A stretch of DNA of 64,000 nt from Kiritimatiellia bacterium (GCA_040767085.1 JAXGPF010000014.1:32001-96000), one strand, 5' to 3'; positions 9,542 to 20,384 are shown, counted from the first letter of the stretch. The notes: generated by a model not told the origin, from the sequence alone. Translations and numbers: made by a program.

Positions 9542-9797
9542 GGTTCAGCAGGTAGTGTTCAGCAGATAGTGTTCAGCAGGTAGTGTTCAGTGTTCGGTGT
9601 TCAGTGTTCGGGATTGAGTGTTCAGTGTTCGGTGTGGGAGGGTCAGCGTTCGGTGTTCAGGGGTCGGAGTTCGGTGTTCAGTGATCGGAGTTCGGGGGTG
9701 GGGGTTGGGTGTTCGGTGTTCGGGGGTCAGGAGTCGGAGTTGGGTGTTCAGTGTTCGGCATTCGGTGTTCAGCGTTCGGTGTTCGGAGTTCGGAGTT
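9542..9797. repeat. Degenerate 7-bp tandem repeat tract (GTGTTCR / GAGTTCG), starting with three 14-mers (GTGTTCAGCAGRTA)
   Basis: Directly visible period-7 G/T-rich tract between two divergent genes. Confidence 0.9.
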
Positions 9798-9836
9798 AAA
9801 GACAATCTTTCAGACGGAACAGACAATACCCGGGGA

Positions 9837-9864
9837 TTGCATTTAGCGATAAAAGCGGCATAAT
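9837..9864 (+). promoter_or_regulatory. Possible sigma70 promoter for the large secreted protein gene
   Basis: TTGCAT-N16-CATAAT about 50 bp upstream of ATG 9916. Confidence 0.35.
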
Positions 9865-9915
9865 GAACAAGGATTGCATTTGGAAAGTAGCACCCATCGG
9901 GAAAATAATCAAGTT

Positions 9916-12900
9916 ATGAAAAAAAGCCCTGGTTTCATCAGGATAATCGCCAGCGTCTGCGCGGCGGCCGCCATTTCAGCCCGGGCGCAAAACATCCAGG
10001 ACGATCCGCCGCTCAACGAAACATTTATCGGCCAATCCCTGCTCCTGAATGCCGCGGCCGCCTTCCCGGTCACGGCCTTTAAAGCCGGGGAAAACATGGC
10101 GGAATTTTCCGGGTTTACCGGGGTAACCAATCTCGCCGTCCGGGAGGGGACGCTGACTTTTACGCTGGTGGCGGACCAGGCCGTCCTGGCGTGGGGGAAA
10201 CACGATCAATCCCGGCCGGATTTCAAAATCCAGACCTATCCCGGGTATTTCACGGTCAACCTGGCGGCGCGCCAGTCGGCGGCCTGCGCCTGGACTTGCG
10301 TTTACCGCGATCCGACGCTGGCCAGCGTCAATGGCGCGCCCATCGCGGGCAAGCCGTTCAAGGACGGGCAGGGGCTGGTGTTTGAAAATGTGACTTCCAC
10401 CGGGAAGCGGCGTTATGACAGCAAGAAAAACGCGCTGGCCGCCGCGGTGGCGGGCACCGGCAGCCTGGAATTCACCATCCGGGGTCCGGCGGGGACCCGG
10501 ATAGAAATTACATCCGCCGAAATTGTGGAGCCGCTGCACAAGGTTTTCGCGCGGCATGAATTTGTCGTGCCCCCGGGGAAAATCTGGCGCGCGATCGCGG
10601 ATGTGGCCGGCGCGGCATTTTACGGCCATACCAGGAACCAGGCCAGTTTTTACGTGAATGGCCACGAGGTCAGGTTGCCCGTGCCGGCCATCCACCGGAT
10701 GAACGGGCATACGCTGGACATAACGCCGTGGCTGGTTCCCGGAACCAATGTGGTAGGCGGGTATGTGGAACAACATGTCTTGCAGCCGTCTTTCCACTTT
10801 CAAACCAGAATCGTGATGGACTCCGGCGAACTGGTGGAGGTGACCACCGGGCCGGGGTGGCAATACAGCTTTACGGCGCCGGAGGGCTGGAGCCGGCCGG
10901 GATTCGACGCGGCGGGCTGGCTGGCGGCCACGCAGACGACGGCGCTGACCCGCGCGCAAATGAAGCAGGGATTGAAGGGGGGGCGGACGGATTTCTGGAT
11001 GCCGGAATACCAGGGCCGCCTGGTGCTGGCCAATCCCGCCGGCCGCGAATTGGCCTTTGCCGAAACCAGCAATGTCGTCATGGAAGTCTGCATTCCCATT
11101 GGCCTGCGGGAAACGCACCCGGCGGTTGGCTATCGCGCGGGGCTTTGCCGGGGCGGCCGGGTTACCCTGCTGAAGGAAGGCCGGGTGTCCGAGTGCGCGG
11201 CGGATGGCCTCGACGCCGTTTTCCGGATTGACCTCGGCCGGCTGGCCGGCGGCGTTCATGTCATCGCCCTGGCGCTCCTGGATCGAGCCGGGAATGCGGT
11301 GGAGACGCGCGCGCGCGAACCGTTCCTCGTTATTCCCAACGCCCGGGGCAAAATCATAACCGGCCGAGACTACACCGAGGGCCTGGATTTGGAACTGGAG
11401 GACACGATTGATTTTACGGACGCCAAAGATCCGCATCCCAACTTTGAATCCTGCCCGGCGGAGGGCGAGATTAAAACCCCGGTGATTGTCAGCAAGCCGG
11501 GGTTGCGTTACCGGGAAGTGTCAAGCTGGCGGCGCGAAGCGGGCTTTTCGTACCGCATCGAGTTCAAGCATCCGGGTGATTTTTACCTGATGGAGGTGGA
11601 ATATCCGAATGACGCCAAGCGGCTGATCGAGGTGATGATCAACGGCAAGCAAACCGGGGTGTGGAACAATTGCCAGTCCGCCAGCGGCGCGGAGACGGGG
11701 GGGCGTTCCCTGCCAACCGGCAAAATGGAAAAGCTCCAGTGGCTGCACGTGGCCGATCCGGGCGTCCATTCGGTGGATATTGTCAATCACCGCAATCATG
11801 AAAAGTGCGCGGCCAGCCGCCTGAACATCTACCGGGTCAAGGGGCGTCTGCCGGAGCTGGCCGCCGGGCGCAGCCGCGCGTTCGGTCAATACACGGAGAA
11901 TGTCAAGTCGTATGGCGGCGTGGGGAATGTATTCGGAGTGGGCCGGATCGGTTCCGCGGATAATCCCGATTTCCCGGCCGAAATGACCCTGCCGCTGACG
12001 GCCTGGCACATCAAGTACCTGGAATGGTTTTACGATGTGTTTGACCGGTACATGCAATACAACAAGTTCTGCGGCCGCAACCTGCTGCTGATGGGGTGCT
12101 ATCAATACAGCGCTAAGACCGCCATGTATTTGCCGGCGCCGGAATACCAGACCGCGCGCATCAGCCAGTGCTGGCGCCGGATGCTGGCGCAGTTCATGGA
12201 CAAGAACGGCATGGAATTTTTCACCGAGGTGGACTGGGTCGAGCCGCCGGCGATTGACCATCCCGATGCGACCAACCCGGAAATCGCCGCGGGCGCCGAC
12301 ACGCTGCACATGGTTAACCGGGAGGGCGACCAGGTGGCCACGTATAACTGGCTGCACCCGCTGGTCAAAGAAAAATACATGGAATTGATGAGCGACCTGA
12401 TGCGGTCATTTGGCGATTTAAAAGCCTGCCGGGGCGTGCACACGGGGCTGGGGCCGCGCGCCGTGATCTGGAATATTCCGGGTTTTGCCCCGCATGACGG
12501 GCAGATGGACGCCCTCTATTCCAGCTATGACGATGTCACCTTCGGGCTCTTTGAGCGGGAAACCGGGGCCCGGACCGGCGCGGCTCCGCAGGACCCGGAC
12601 CGCTTCCGCAAACGCGCGGGCCGGCTGGAGCGAGATGCCGCGCTGCGGGCGGAGTTCCTGGCCTGGCGCGGCGCCAAACTGACCGGATTTTTCACCGAAG
12701 CCGCCGCCGCCATCCGGCGGCAGCGCGCGGATTTGTCCCTGGCCATGGTGCCGGCGCTGACGCTCTTCATGCGCAGCAACCGCGTGCCGGTATTGTTTGA
12801 GGAGTTGGAGTTAAAGCAAATCGGGCTGGACGAGTACCTGAAAAGTTTCGGCATCAGCCTGCCGGACTTGAACGCCATCCCGGGTGTCTTCGTCGGGCGC

Positions 12901-14518
12901 TGGGCCATCGGCTGGCTGCGCAGCAAGACCAATCCTTACAATTCCACCCAGGATGCATACACCTGGCTGGGGCAGACGGCCGGCAAATATACCGACCTGT
13001 TCAACCGCGGCGCGCCGGCGCACCGGTATGTCATGCTCTTTGCTGATTGGAATGAGAGCTGGTTCAACGGGCCCGGCGGCAAAAAGCGGGATGCCTCCAA
13101 AATTCCCGGCTTGGAAGACGGCTCGGACTGGATCATGTCCCGCCAACTTGTCCGCTGCCATAGTCAATTTGGCGGACTGAACGCGCGGGAGCCGGTCACG
13201 CACGCGCTGATTACCGGCGATCCGGATATCATGGCGCACGGCTTCTCCGACCTGGCGCTGCCGATCGGGCATGAGCAGGCGCTGCGCAGCATCGCGCGCG
13301 TCATTACCGCCCTGCCCGCGGAATTGTTCAGCCCCGTCCTGAAGACGCGGCTGGACACCAACCTGGCGATCCGCCGGCTCCAGCGCGCCGATGCCACCTG
13401 GTTTTACGTGGCCAATCCCTGCCAGTGGCCGGTCCAAGGCGTCCTTGCGCTCGAGCATGGCGGGAACATCCGGACCGTGCCGGACGGGGAAAACGCCGGG
13501 CAAAATCCGGCGACGCTGCCAATAAACCTCGAGCCGTTTGGCGTCCTGGCTTTCAAGTCCGATTCGGTGGCCTGTCAGATCACCGGGTATCGGACCGAAC
13601 CGCTCGCTCCGGAATGGCTGGAGCGGCTGGCGGGGGTGATGCACGCCATACGGACTTTTATCAAAGACAATGCCGCGCAGTTTTCGGACGCCAAAACAGC
13701 CGCCTTGGAAGCGGAAATCCAGGCGATTGAAGCAACCATTGCCAGGGGCGAATACGCCCTGGCTTGGGTCCGGTTGACCGATCCGGAAATGTGGCAGTAT
13801 TACATCTATGAACCATCCTGCGAAGCCAGGATCAGGAAAGCGCTGCTGCGGAATTACCTGACGGACAAGCCGGCGGCCTTACCCCCGGATTTCAAGCGGG
13901 CAGAGCCGCCGGATGGCCAGCCGCGGGTGCTGACCGTCAAGCGCGCTGCCGGCCCGATCAAGGCCGATGGCGTCCTGGCTGAAGCCGATTGGCAGGACGC
14001 CGTTTTCAACTCCGCTTTTTGGGATTGGGAGCGGCAAACCAACGCGCTGGTCGAAACTGGCGTAACCGCGCAGTTCGACGATCAGGCGCTTTACCTGGCG
14101 CTGGTCTGCGCCGATCCGGATACGGCCCGGCTTGAGGCGTCCGCCAGCGGGGAGCGGAATTTATGGGCGGGCGACGATGCCCTGGGAATTCTGCTGTATC
14201 CGCGGGAGCAGGGGTGTTACTATCAGTTCGGGTTTAATTCGAAGCGGGCCCGCTTTGACCAGAAGGTAATCATCGGCGGCAAGGCGCTATATGACGACTA
14301 CCGCCCGGAATGGCAATTCGCCTCGACCGTCCATCCGCAATACTGGCTGGCCGAGGTGAGGATTCCATGGAAAGCCATGGGCCTGGAATCGGCCGCCGGA
14401 AAAGATGAGCGTTAATTTTTTCCGTGCGTTCCGCTATAATGCCGTGGAAGGCGGATTCTGGAGCCCCGCTTCCGGGGTTCATAGCTACGAATATTTCGGC
14501 GGGGTGAATTTCGAATAA
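9916..14518 (+). CDS. Large secreted carbohydrate-active protein (galactose-binding-like domain, putative GH TIM barrel, C-terminal CBM9-like domain); +1 frameshift near 14400
   Basis: Signal peptide MKKSPG...ISARA; CBM9-like ADGVLAEADW...DDQALYLA...AEVRIPW. As read it stops at 14415, but the +1 frame from 14405 supplies the missing tail SVNFFR...W...H...FGGVNFE* ending at 14518. Confidence 0.7.
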
Positions 14519-14610
14519 ACTTGCGCGGCGCAAATTTAAATCGGGTGAACTGCGATATTCGCGCATAATTCAGGCGGAAAGAAAGGATATGTCTGACGAG
14601 GAGGTATCGC

Positions 14611-15705
14611 ATGCATGCTAAAATCATGGGGTGTATCATGCTGCTGGCGCTGGCCGGCGGCGCGGCGTGCGCCACGAACCGCTACGTGGCGACCAATAGC
14701 CCGGACCCCGTTTCGCCCTTCACCAACTGGGCGAACGCGGCCACGAATATCCAGAATGCCATTGATATATCATCGGTGGGCGATACGGTCTGGGTATCCA
14801 ACGGCGTTTATGATACCGGGACAAAAACGGCGACGATCAGGGCATCGCCGGAAACTTTCCGGATTGTGCTGGACAAGGCCATTACGGTCAGAAGCGCCGA
14901 CAACGACCCGGCGAACACGATTATCGCCGGCCAAACCGCCCCGGATGTCAAATGCGTCGGCATGGTTTCGAGTTCCACCCTGGTCGGCTTCACGATTTAT
15001 AATGGCCGGGCCAGCACGAATGGCTGGTATGGCGCGGGGATCCTGGGGAATGCGGATAAAACCGCGGTGGTGTCCAACTGCATTATCAGCGCTTGCTCGA
15101 ATGTGACTTATGGCGGCGGGGCGCAAAGCGTGACGCTGTATAATTGCCTGGTCGCCGGCAATAGGGCGCCGAACGGCGGCGGCGGCTTGCGGTACGGGGT
15201 GGCGTACAACTCCATCTTTACGGGCAATTCCAACCAGGCGATGGAGGAGTGCACCGCGTATAACTGCCTGGTGTCCGGCAATTTCGGCAACGGCGGTGTC
15301 GGCGCGCGCTATAGTCTCCTGTATAATTGCACGGTTGTCTCCAATACGGCGCTAACTTCCGGCGGGGGAACATTTCGCGGCACCAATTACAACTGCATTT
15401 CATGGGATAACAACATGGTTGATTATCAACCTCTGGCTTTCCATAGCTGCGGGGTGGGGTATACCAACGGGGGTTCGGTTTACGGCAATATCACCAACAA
15501 CCCGCTCTTTAAAAATCCCGGCGCCCAGGATTACCGCCTCGGCCGCGGATCGTCCTGCGTCAACGCCGGATCCAACCAGGAATGGATGGCCGCCGCCGTG
15601 GACCTGGATGGCAACCCGCGGATTATCGCCATTTTCGGCACCAATGTTGACATGGGCGCCTTTGAATACTTTGTCGGGCCGGGCACTTTGTTTTATGTCC
15701 ATTAA
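14611..15705 (+). CDS. Secreted parallel beta-helix protein with choice-of-anchor-Q-like C-terminus
   Basis: RBS GAGGAGG; signal peptide; YVATN...GDTVWVSNGVY; repeated NC..GN..GGG; PLF...DYRL..SSCVNAG...DLDGNPR...VDMGAFEY; ends PGTLFYVH. Confidence 0.8.
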   Translation: MHAKIMGCIMLLALAGGAACATNRYVATNSPDPVSPFTNWANAATNIQNAIDISSVGDTVWVSNGVYDTGTKTATIRASPETFRIVLDKAITVRSADNDPANTIIAGQTAPDVKCVGMVSSSTLVGFTIYNGRASTNGWYGAGILGNADKTAVVSNCIISACSNVTYGGGAQSVTLYNCLVAGNRAPNGGGGLRYGVAYNSIFTGNSNQAMEECTAYNCLVSGNFGNGGVGARYSLLYNCTVVSNTALTSGGGTFRGTNYNCISWDNNMVDYQPLAFHSCGVGYTNGGSVYGNITNNPLFKNPGAQDYRLGRGSSCVNAGSNQEWMAAAVDLDGNPRIIAIFGTNVDMGAFEYFVGPGTLFYVH

Positions 15706-15947
15706 ACTGGAGCCGGGCGCCGCCGAGCAAGGCGCTTTGATCCGCCGGCTGGGATTCCGGCGCCGCGGCTGGCAATCCCCGGGCGGGCCGCGCTGGCGGC
15801 ACTGGCCGCCCTCCCGGGAATTGCGATCGGAAATGATGCCTCCGCGGCGGTCCAGGCGGTAATTTTGGATTGCCGGGCTAATCCTCGCAGCGTAAATCCC
15901 GCACACTTCCGGATTGCATATCACGCGGATTTGCGTTAAAAAAATGC

Positions 15948-17481
15948 GGCTCCTAACCAGAATTTGTGGGTAAAAAACAGGTTTTAAAGTTTAAGAAGTT
16001 CTCCAAGCAATGGCGCCAAAAGATGGTGGAGTTATTAACAGCCTGCCGCTTTGGGCGTTTGGCGGCCCCGCAGCAGCCTGATTAATAACTCCTGATTGGC
16101 GCGATGGCGGAACGGAGATAAAGCGGCGGCAAAAAAATAGGCTGGCCTTTCCGTAATCCATTGCGTATGCAATGGGTGAACACAAAAAAAGGAGGACCAG
16201 CCCAAGGTGAAACTTAAAACAATTTTGAATCGTTTGCAACCTTTGAAACGTTTTATTTATCAGGAAACTTGTATGGTTTTGGATCGTCGCGGCCAATGGA
16301 AAGTGGATATAAGCATTCGTCCGCATCGCCAACGCGCGGCATGCTGCTCGCGTTGCGGGCGACCGCTGGCGACATACGACACTCTGCCTGAACGGATATG
16401 GGCGTTTGTGCCCATTTTGAATGTGCCGGCTTTTTTGCATTATAGTCCGCGCCGGGTAAATTGCCCCGAACATGGCGTGGTGGTGGAAGCGCTGCCTTGG
16501 AGCGATGGCAAACGACCCTACAGCAAGGCGCTGATGCTTTTTTTGGGGAACTGGGCGCGGAGGTTGTCCTGGAAAGAGACGGCGCTGATTTTCAAAGTCA
16601 GTTGGCAGGCGGTTTATCGGTCGGTCGAGTGGATGGTGGAATGGGGCTTGGCGCACCGGGAATTGGCCAATATAACGGCGATTGGTGTTGATGAACTCCA
16701 CGTAGGCAACGGTAAAAAGAGCAAGAACTATCTGACCTTGATCTATCAGATTGATGCGCAATGCCGCCGATTGCTCTGGGTCGGCCAAACCCGCCGGGCG
16801 GCCGCGCTGCGTAAAGGGTTGCAATCTTTGGGAAAACCCGTGCTGGCCGGCATTCGACATATATGTAGCGATATGTGGCGACCTTATCTGAAAGTCATTG
16901 CTGCGAGCCTCAGCCACGGTTGCCACATGATTGACCGCTTCCATGTCGTGCAAACCTTGAATGCCGCCGTGGACGAGGTCCGGCGCCGGGATATGGCGGC
17001 GATGACAGCGCGTCCGGCGGCCAAGCAAAAACTCAAGAAAATGCGCTGGACCTTGCTGCGCCGCAAAACCCGCGTGCGCGGCAAAGCTCGCGAAATGCTT
17101 GATCGGATATTGGGCACAAGACTGCAAACCGGCCGCGCCTATTTGTTCAAGGAAAGCTTTCAGCATTTTTGGAGCTATCACAGCCCAACCTGGGCGCGTA
17201 ATTATCTCCAGGCATGGGTCAAGCGCGCCTGTCGTAGCCGCATTGCGCCAATCATTAAGGCGGCTAAAACCATTGCTAAACACGAGGAGCTGCTTTTGAA
17301 CTGGATCAGAGCCAGAAACGAGGTTTTTACTGGCGCAACCGAGGGCTTGAACAATAAAGCTCGAGTGGTTACCAAACGATCTTATGGCTTCAGAACTTTT
17401 CATGGCGCGGAAATGGCGCTATATCATACCCTTGGGCAATTGCCCGAACCGGTAATCACCCACAAATTCTGGTGAGGAAAC
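15948..17481 (+). mobile_element. ISL3 family insertion sequence, copy 1 (1534 bp)
   Basis: 24-bp imperfect IRs (GGCTCCTAACCAGAATTTGTGGGT / GTTTCCTCACCAGAATTTGTGGGT, 21/24 match); 8-bp TSD AAAAATGC at 15940-15947 and 17482-17489. Confidence 0.95.
16207..17475 (+). CDS. ISL3 family transposase
   Basis: Zn finger CSRCG...RVNCPEHG, IGVDE, CSDMW, IDRFHVV, TEGLNNKAR...RSYGFR. Confidence 0.95.
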   Translation: MKLKTILNRLQPLKRFIYQETCMVLDRRGQWKVDISIRPHRQRAACCSRCGRPLATYDTLPERIWAFVPILNVPAFLHYSPRRVNCPEHGVVVEALPWSDGKRPYSKALMLFLGNWARRLSWKETALIFKVSWQAVYRSVEWMVEWGLAHRELANITAIGVDELHVGNGKKSKNYLTLIYQIDAQCRRLLWVGQTRRAAALRKGLQSLGKPVLAGIRHICSDMWRPYLKVIAASLSHGCHMIDRFHVVQTLNAAVDEVRRRDMAAMTARPAAKQKLKKMRWTLLRRKTRVRGKAREMLDRILGTRLQTGRAYLFKESFQHFWSYHSPTWARNYLQAWVKRACRSRIAPIIKAAKTIAKHEELLLNWIRARNEVFTGATEGLNNKARVVTKRSYGFRTFHGAEMALYHTLGQLPEPVITHKFW

Positions 17482-17557
17482 AAAAATGCAAATCGGGGTG
17501 ACGGACGGCGGGATTCAAACCAGCGGCCGCGGCGAACCGCCCCGCGGGGAGGAGCAC

Positions 17558-18412
17558 ATGCAGCTTTGCGTATTAGCCAGCGGCAGCTCGGGCAATTGCA
17601 TCTATGTCCGGGCTGGCGCCACGCAGATATTGATTGATGCGGGATTGAGCGGACGGGAGACGGAACGGCGGCTGGAGCAGATCGGCGTGCAGCCCGATGC
17701 AATCCAGGCCATCTGCCTGACGCACGAACACAGCGACCATGTCGCCGGCCTGCCGGTGTTGTATTCGCGGCATCACATGGCGTTGTATGCCAACCGCGGC
17801 ACGGTGGATGCCCTGCGGCGCGATGAACGCCGCGGCGACCTGGCCTGGAATGTCTTCACCACCGGCGCGCCATTTCAGATCGGCGAACTGGCGATCGAGC
17901 CGTTTTCCGTTTCCCACGACGCCTACGAGCCGGTGGGATTTATCCTGACCGGCGCCGGCACGCGCGCGGGCGTGGTGACGGATATCGGGGTCGGCACGCA
18001 CCTGGTGCGGGAACGCCTGCGCGGCTGCCGGGTGGTGGTGCTGGAGTCGAACCACGACGAGGAAATGCTGTCCGATGCCCGGCGCCCGGAGTACCTGAAG
18101 CAGCGCATCCGGGGCCGGCAGGGCCATCTTTCCAACCGGCATGCCGCCGAAATGCTGGCGGAAATCGCCGGGGCCGAACTGGAACAGGTGTTCCTGGCGC
18201 ATATCAGCGCCGATTGCAACCTGCCGGAATTGGCCGCCCACACGGTCGGGAACATTCTGGCGGAGCATGGCTTGGGGCAAGTGCGCATCAACATGACTTT
18301 CGCCGACCGGATCAGCGAAGTATGGCGCGCCGGTGCTCCCGCCGGATCAGCGCCAGCAGCCCCAGCCATAACCCCAGCCATAGCAGTTGCCCCGGCCAGC
18401 GGTGCAATGTAA
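17558..18412 (+). CDS. MBL-fold metallo-hydrolase (YycJ/WalJ-PhnP-like)
   Basis: LASGSSGN, THEHSDH, SHDA, LESNHD, GHLSN, LAHIS; GGAGGAG RBS before ATG 17558. Confidence 0.9.
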   Translation: MQLCVLASGSSGNCIYVRAGATQILIDAGLSGRETERRLEQIGVQPDAIQAICLTHEHSDHVAGLPVLYSRHHMALYANRGTVDALRRDERRGDLAWNVFTTGAPFQIGELAIEPFSVSHDAYEPVGFILTGAGTRAGVVTDIGVGTHLVRERLRGCRVVVLESNHDEEMLSDARRPEYLKQRIRGRQGHLSNRHAAEMLAEIAGAELEQVFLAHISADCNLPELAAHTVGNILAEHGLGQVRINMTFADRISEVWRAGAPAGSAPAAPAITPAIAVAPASGAM

Positions 18413-18737
18413 GGCCGACGGGAATGAACACGCTGGCGAACGGGTAAAGCAGCCAGCGGGTGGCATATCCGTGGGTGAAGACGTCCACGCCGATGTGCAG
18501 CAGCGCGCCCCAGGCGATCCGCGGCCGGCGCCACAGGAGGAGCAGCAGCAGGGGCAGGTTAAAGGCCAGGGAATGCGACCAGCGGTAGGCGTAGGTCCAG
18601 CCGCTCAGCCGTCCGGCCAGCGCCAGGATATCCGGCAGGATGCCGATCAACGCCGCCAGCAGGAGTTGCGCGCGGCGGCGTTCGCCGAGCCGGTGGGCCA
18701 GCCAGGCGGCTGAGATGGTGTGGAATGCCAGGTCCAT
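18312..18737 (-). CDS. Membrane-bound metal-dependent hydrolase (YdjM-like)
   Basis: MD...H, GILPD, WSHSL, LHIGVD..TH, LLYPF motifs among hydrophobic segments; overlaps the convergent MBL gene 3' end. Confidence 0.7.
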   Translation of the reverse strand: MDLAFHTISAAWLAHRLGERRRAQLLLAALIGILPDILALAGRLSGWTYAYRWSHSLAFNLPLLLLLLWRRPRIAWGALLHIGVDVFTHGYATRWLLYPFASVFIPVGLTLHRWPGQLLWLGLWLGLLALIRREHRRAILR

Positions 18738-18781
18738 GGGTTGTAAGGCAAATGTTTTGACATGATTATGCTTGTTGACGT

Positions 18782-18962
18782 GCGTGGTGAATTCCGTTTG
18801 AAAAAGGCAGTGGCGATTTCGGGGCGTCTGTCCGCTGCGCGGACCCTGCGGGCGTGGTTGCAGACGATGGCGCAATCGAGAGATTAGCGCCATCACCTGC
18901 GCCCACGCATCCACCCCAAACTTGCCTTGCTTTTTCAAATGCAGCAGCGGAATTCACCACGC
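18782..18962. repeat. 181-bp inverted-repeat-bounded structured element (MITE-like or ncRNA)
   Basis: Perfect 15-bp IR GCGTGGTGAATTCCG / CGGAATTCACCACGC, inner TTTGAAAAAG / CTTTTTCAAA and a nested hairpin GATGGCGC-AATC-GAGA-GATT-A-GCGCCATC. Confidence 0.6.
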
Positions 18963-19165
18963 GGTGCACCAATTTCGACGGGGACGCTGGCAGAGTCATC
19001 GTCGAAATTACCGGAAATAGAGCCAAGGGATTTAATACCGATACATTTAGCAAAATAATCTTCCTGTAACCATGTCCATAGTGATTGACGGAATGAATAC
19101 GAGGGGTTATTCTAACCGGCGGCAGTGGCCCCGGCAATGATTAATCAGCGGAAAGGAGCGGCGCC

Positions 19166-19858
19166 ATGCCTAAACTGTCGGCCAAGCAATGGATGCTGAT
19201 TCTGGCGATCAGCGTGGTTGTATTCGCGCCGCCTATGGTATGGAAGCGCTACCGCGGCAGCGCCCGCATGATCCGTGCAGTGCGCGCTGGAAACGTCACG
19301 CGGGTGGAAAAAATGCTGTCCGCGCACCCGGAATTGCTGAACGCCCGCGACGACCACCATCGCGCCGGCGCCGTGCAATGGGCGGTGGTGGCCAATCAGC
19401 CGGCAATCCTGGAATTGCTCATCGAGCGCGGCGCGGATTTGGATGCCGGCGACCGGCATGGGATGACGGCCCTGCATTCGGCCGCGATTTTCAACCGGGC
19501 CGACATGGTCCAGCGGCTGCTCGCGCGAGGCGCCGATCCCTACGCCATGGGCCTGGGTTATGGAGCCATCCGGCTGACGCCGCTGCACAAGGCGGCGGAA
19601 GCCGGCTCGCTGGAGGCGGTGGAGGCCTTGCTGGATGACGGCGTGAATGTGAATGTCCTGACGGAAGGCGCCAACCGGGTGTCGCCATTGCATATTGCCG
19701 CGGCCCGCGGCCATCAGGGCGTCATCCGGCTGCTGGCTGACCGCGGCGCGCAGATGAATCTCCGCGATGTCACCGGCGCCACGCCTTTGCGCTGGGCCAT
19801 GCGCATGGAGAAAGACGATACCATCACACTCCTGCGCCTGCTGGGCGGGCGGGAGTGA
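19166..19858 (+). CDS. Ankyrin repeat protein with N-terminal membrane anchor
   Basis: Repeated TALHSAA / TPLHKAA / SPLHIAA...LL.RGAD; AAAGGAG RBS; hydrophobic N-terminus. Confidence 0.9.
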   Translation: MPKLSAKQWMLILAISVVVFAPPMVWKRYRGSARMIRAVRAGNVTRVEKMLSAHPELLNARDDHHRAGAVQWAVVANQPAILELLIERGADLDAGDRHGMTALHSAAIFNRADMVQRLLARGADPYAMGLGYGAIRLTPLHKAAEAGSLEAVEALLDDGVNVNVLTEGANRVSPLHIAAARGHQGVIRLLADRGAQMNLRDVTGATPLRWAMRMEKDDTITLLRLLGGRE

Positions 19859-19918
19859 TGCTGGCGGAAGGGGCGCGGAAAGGGGCAAAGGATCAAAGGG
19901 GCAAAGGAGCAAAGGGGA

Positions 19919-20298
19919 AGAGTGTTACTTTTTCAGGCATAAAACTATAAAACGGTAAACCTTAAAACTTACACCGCCCAGGTTCGACCTCCAGGGGATC
20001 AGGTCCGTGCCTACCCACACATATAATTTCCGCTCCCCCTTCGTGTCCTTCGTGAGCTTCGTGGTTAAATCAGAAAAGGCACAGAGGGGCAGGCGGAGAG
20101 GGGCAGAGGATCAAAGGGGCAAAGGCACAAAGGGGCAGAGTGTTACTTTTTCAGGCATAAAACTATAAAACGGTAAACCTTAAAACTTACACCGCCCAGG
20201 TTCGACCTCCAGGGGATCAGGTCCGTGCCTACCCACACACATAATTTCCGCTCCCCCTTCGTGTCCTTCGTGAGCTTCGTGGTTAAATCAGAAAAGGC
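19919..20298. repeat. Tandem duplication (162-bp core, 218-bp period) embedded in 8-mer repeats
   Basis: 19919-20080 vs 20137-20298 differ at one position; flanked by AGGGGCAA/AGGATCAA/AGGCACAG-type 8-mers; contains CTTCGTG repeated with 9-bp period. Confidence 0.9.
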
Positions 20299-20384
20299 GG
20301 AGAGGGGCAGAGTGAAGAGGTGAAACAATCTGTCTATGATCCTTTGATCCTCTGTGCCTATGCCACTGCTGAGGGAGGCAAACG

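Noticed and set aside
9587-9863. Short ORFs with TEHRTLN / VFGVQCS periodicity
   Set aside because: Artefacts of translating the 7-bp repeat tract.
14435-14440. TATAAT as a promoter -10 box
   Set aside because: Lies in the frameshifted coding tail of the upstream gene.
15991-17403. 470-aa antisense ORF in ISL3 (and its pieces in copy 2)
   Set aside because: Shadow of the transposase with no recognisable motifs.
19919-20298. Possible CRISPR array or tRNA fragment (GGTTCGA)
   Set aside because: Only two long units, no unique spacers or cas genes; no cloverleaf around GGTTCGA.
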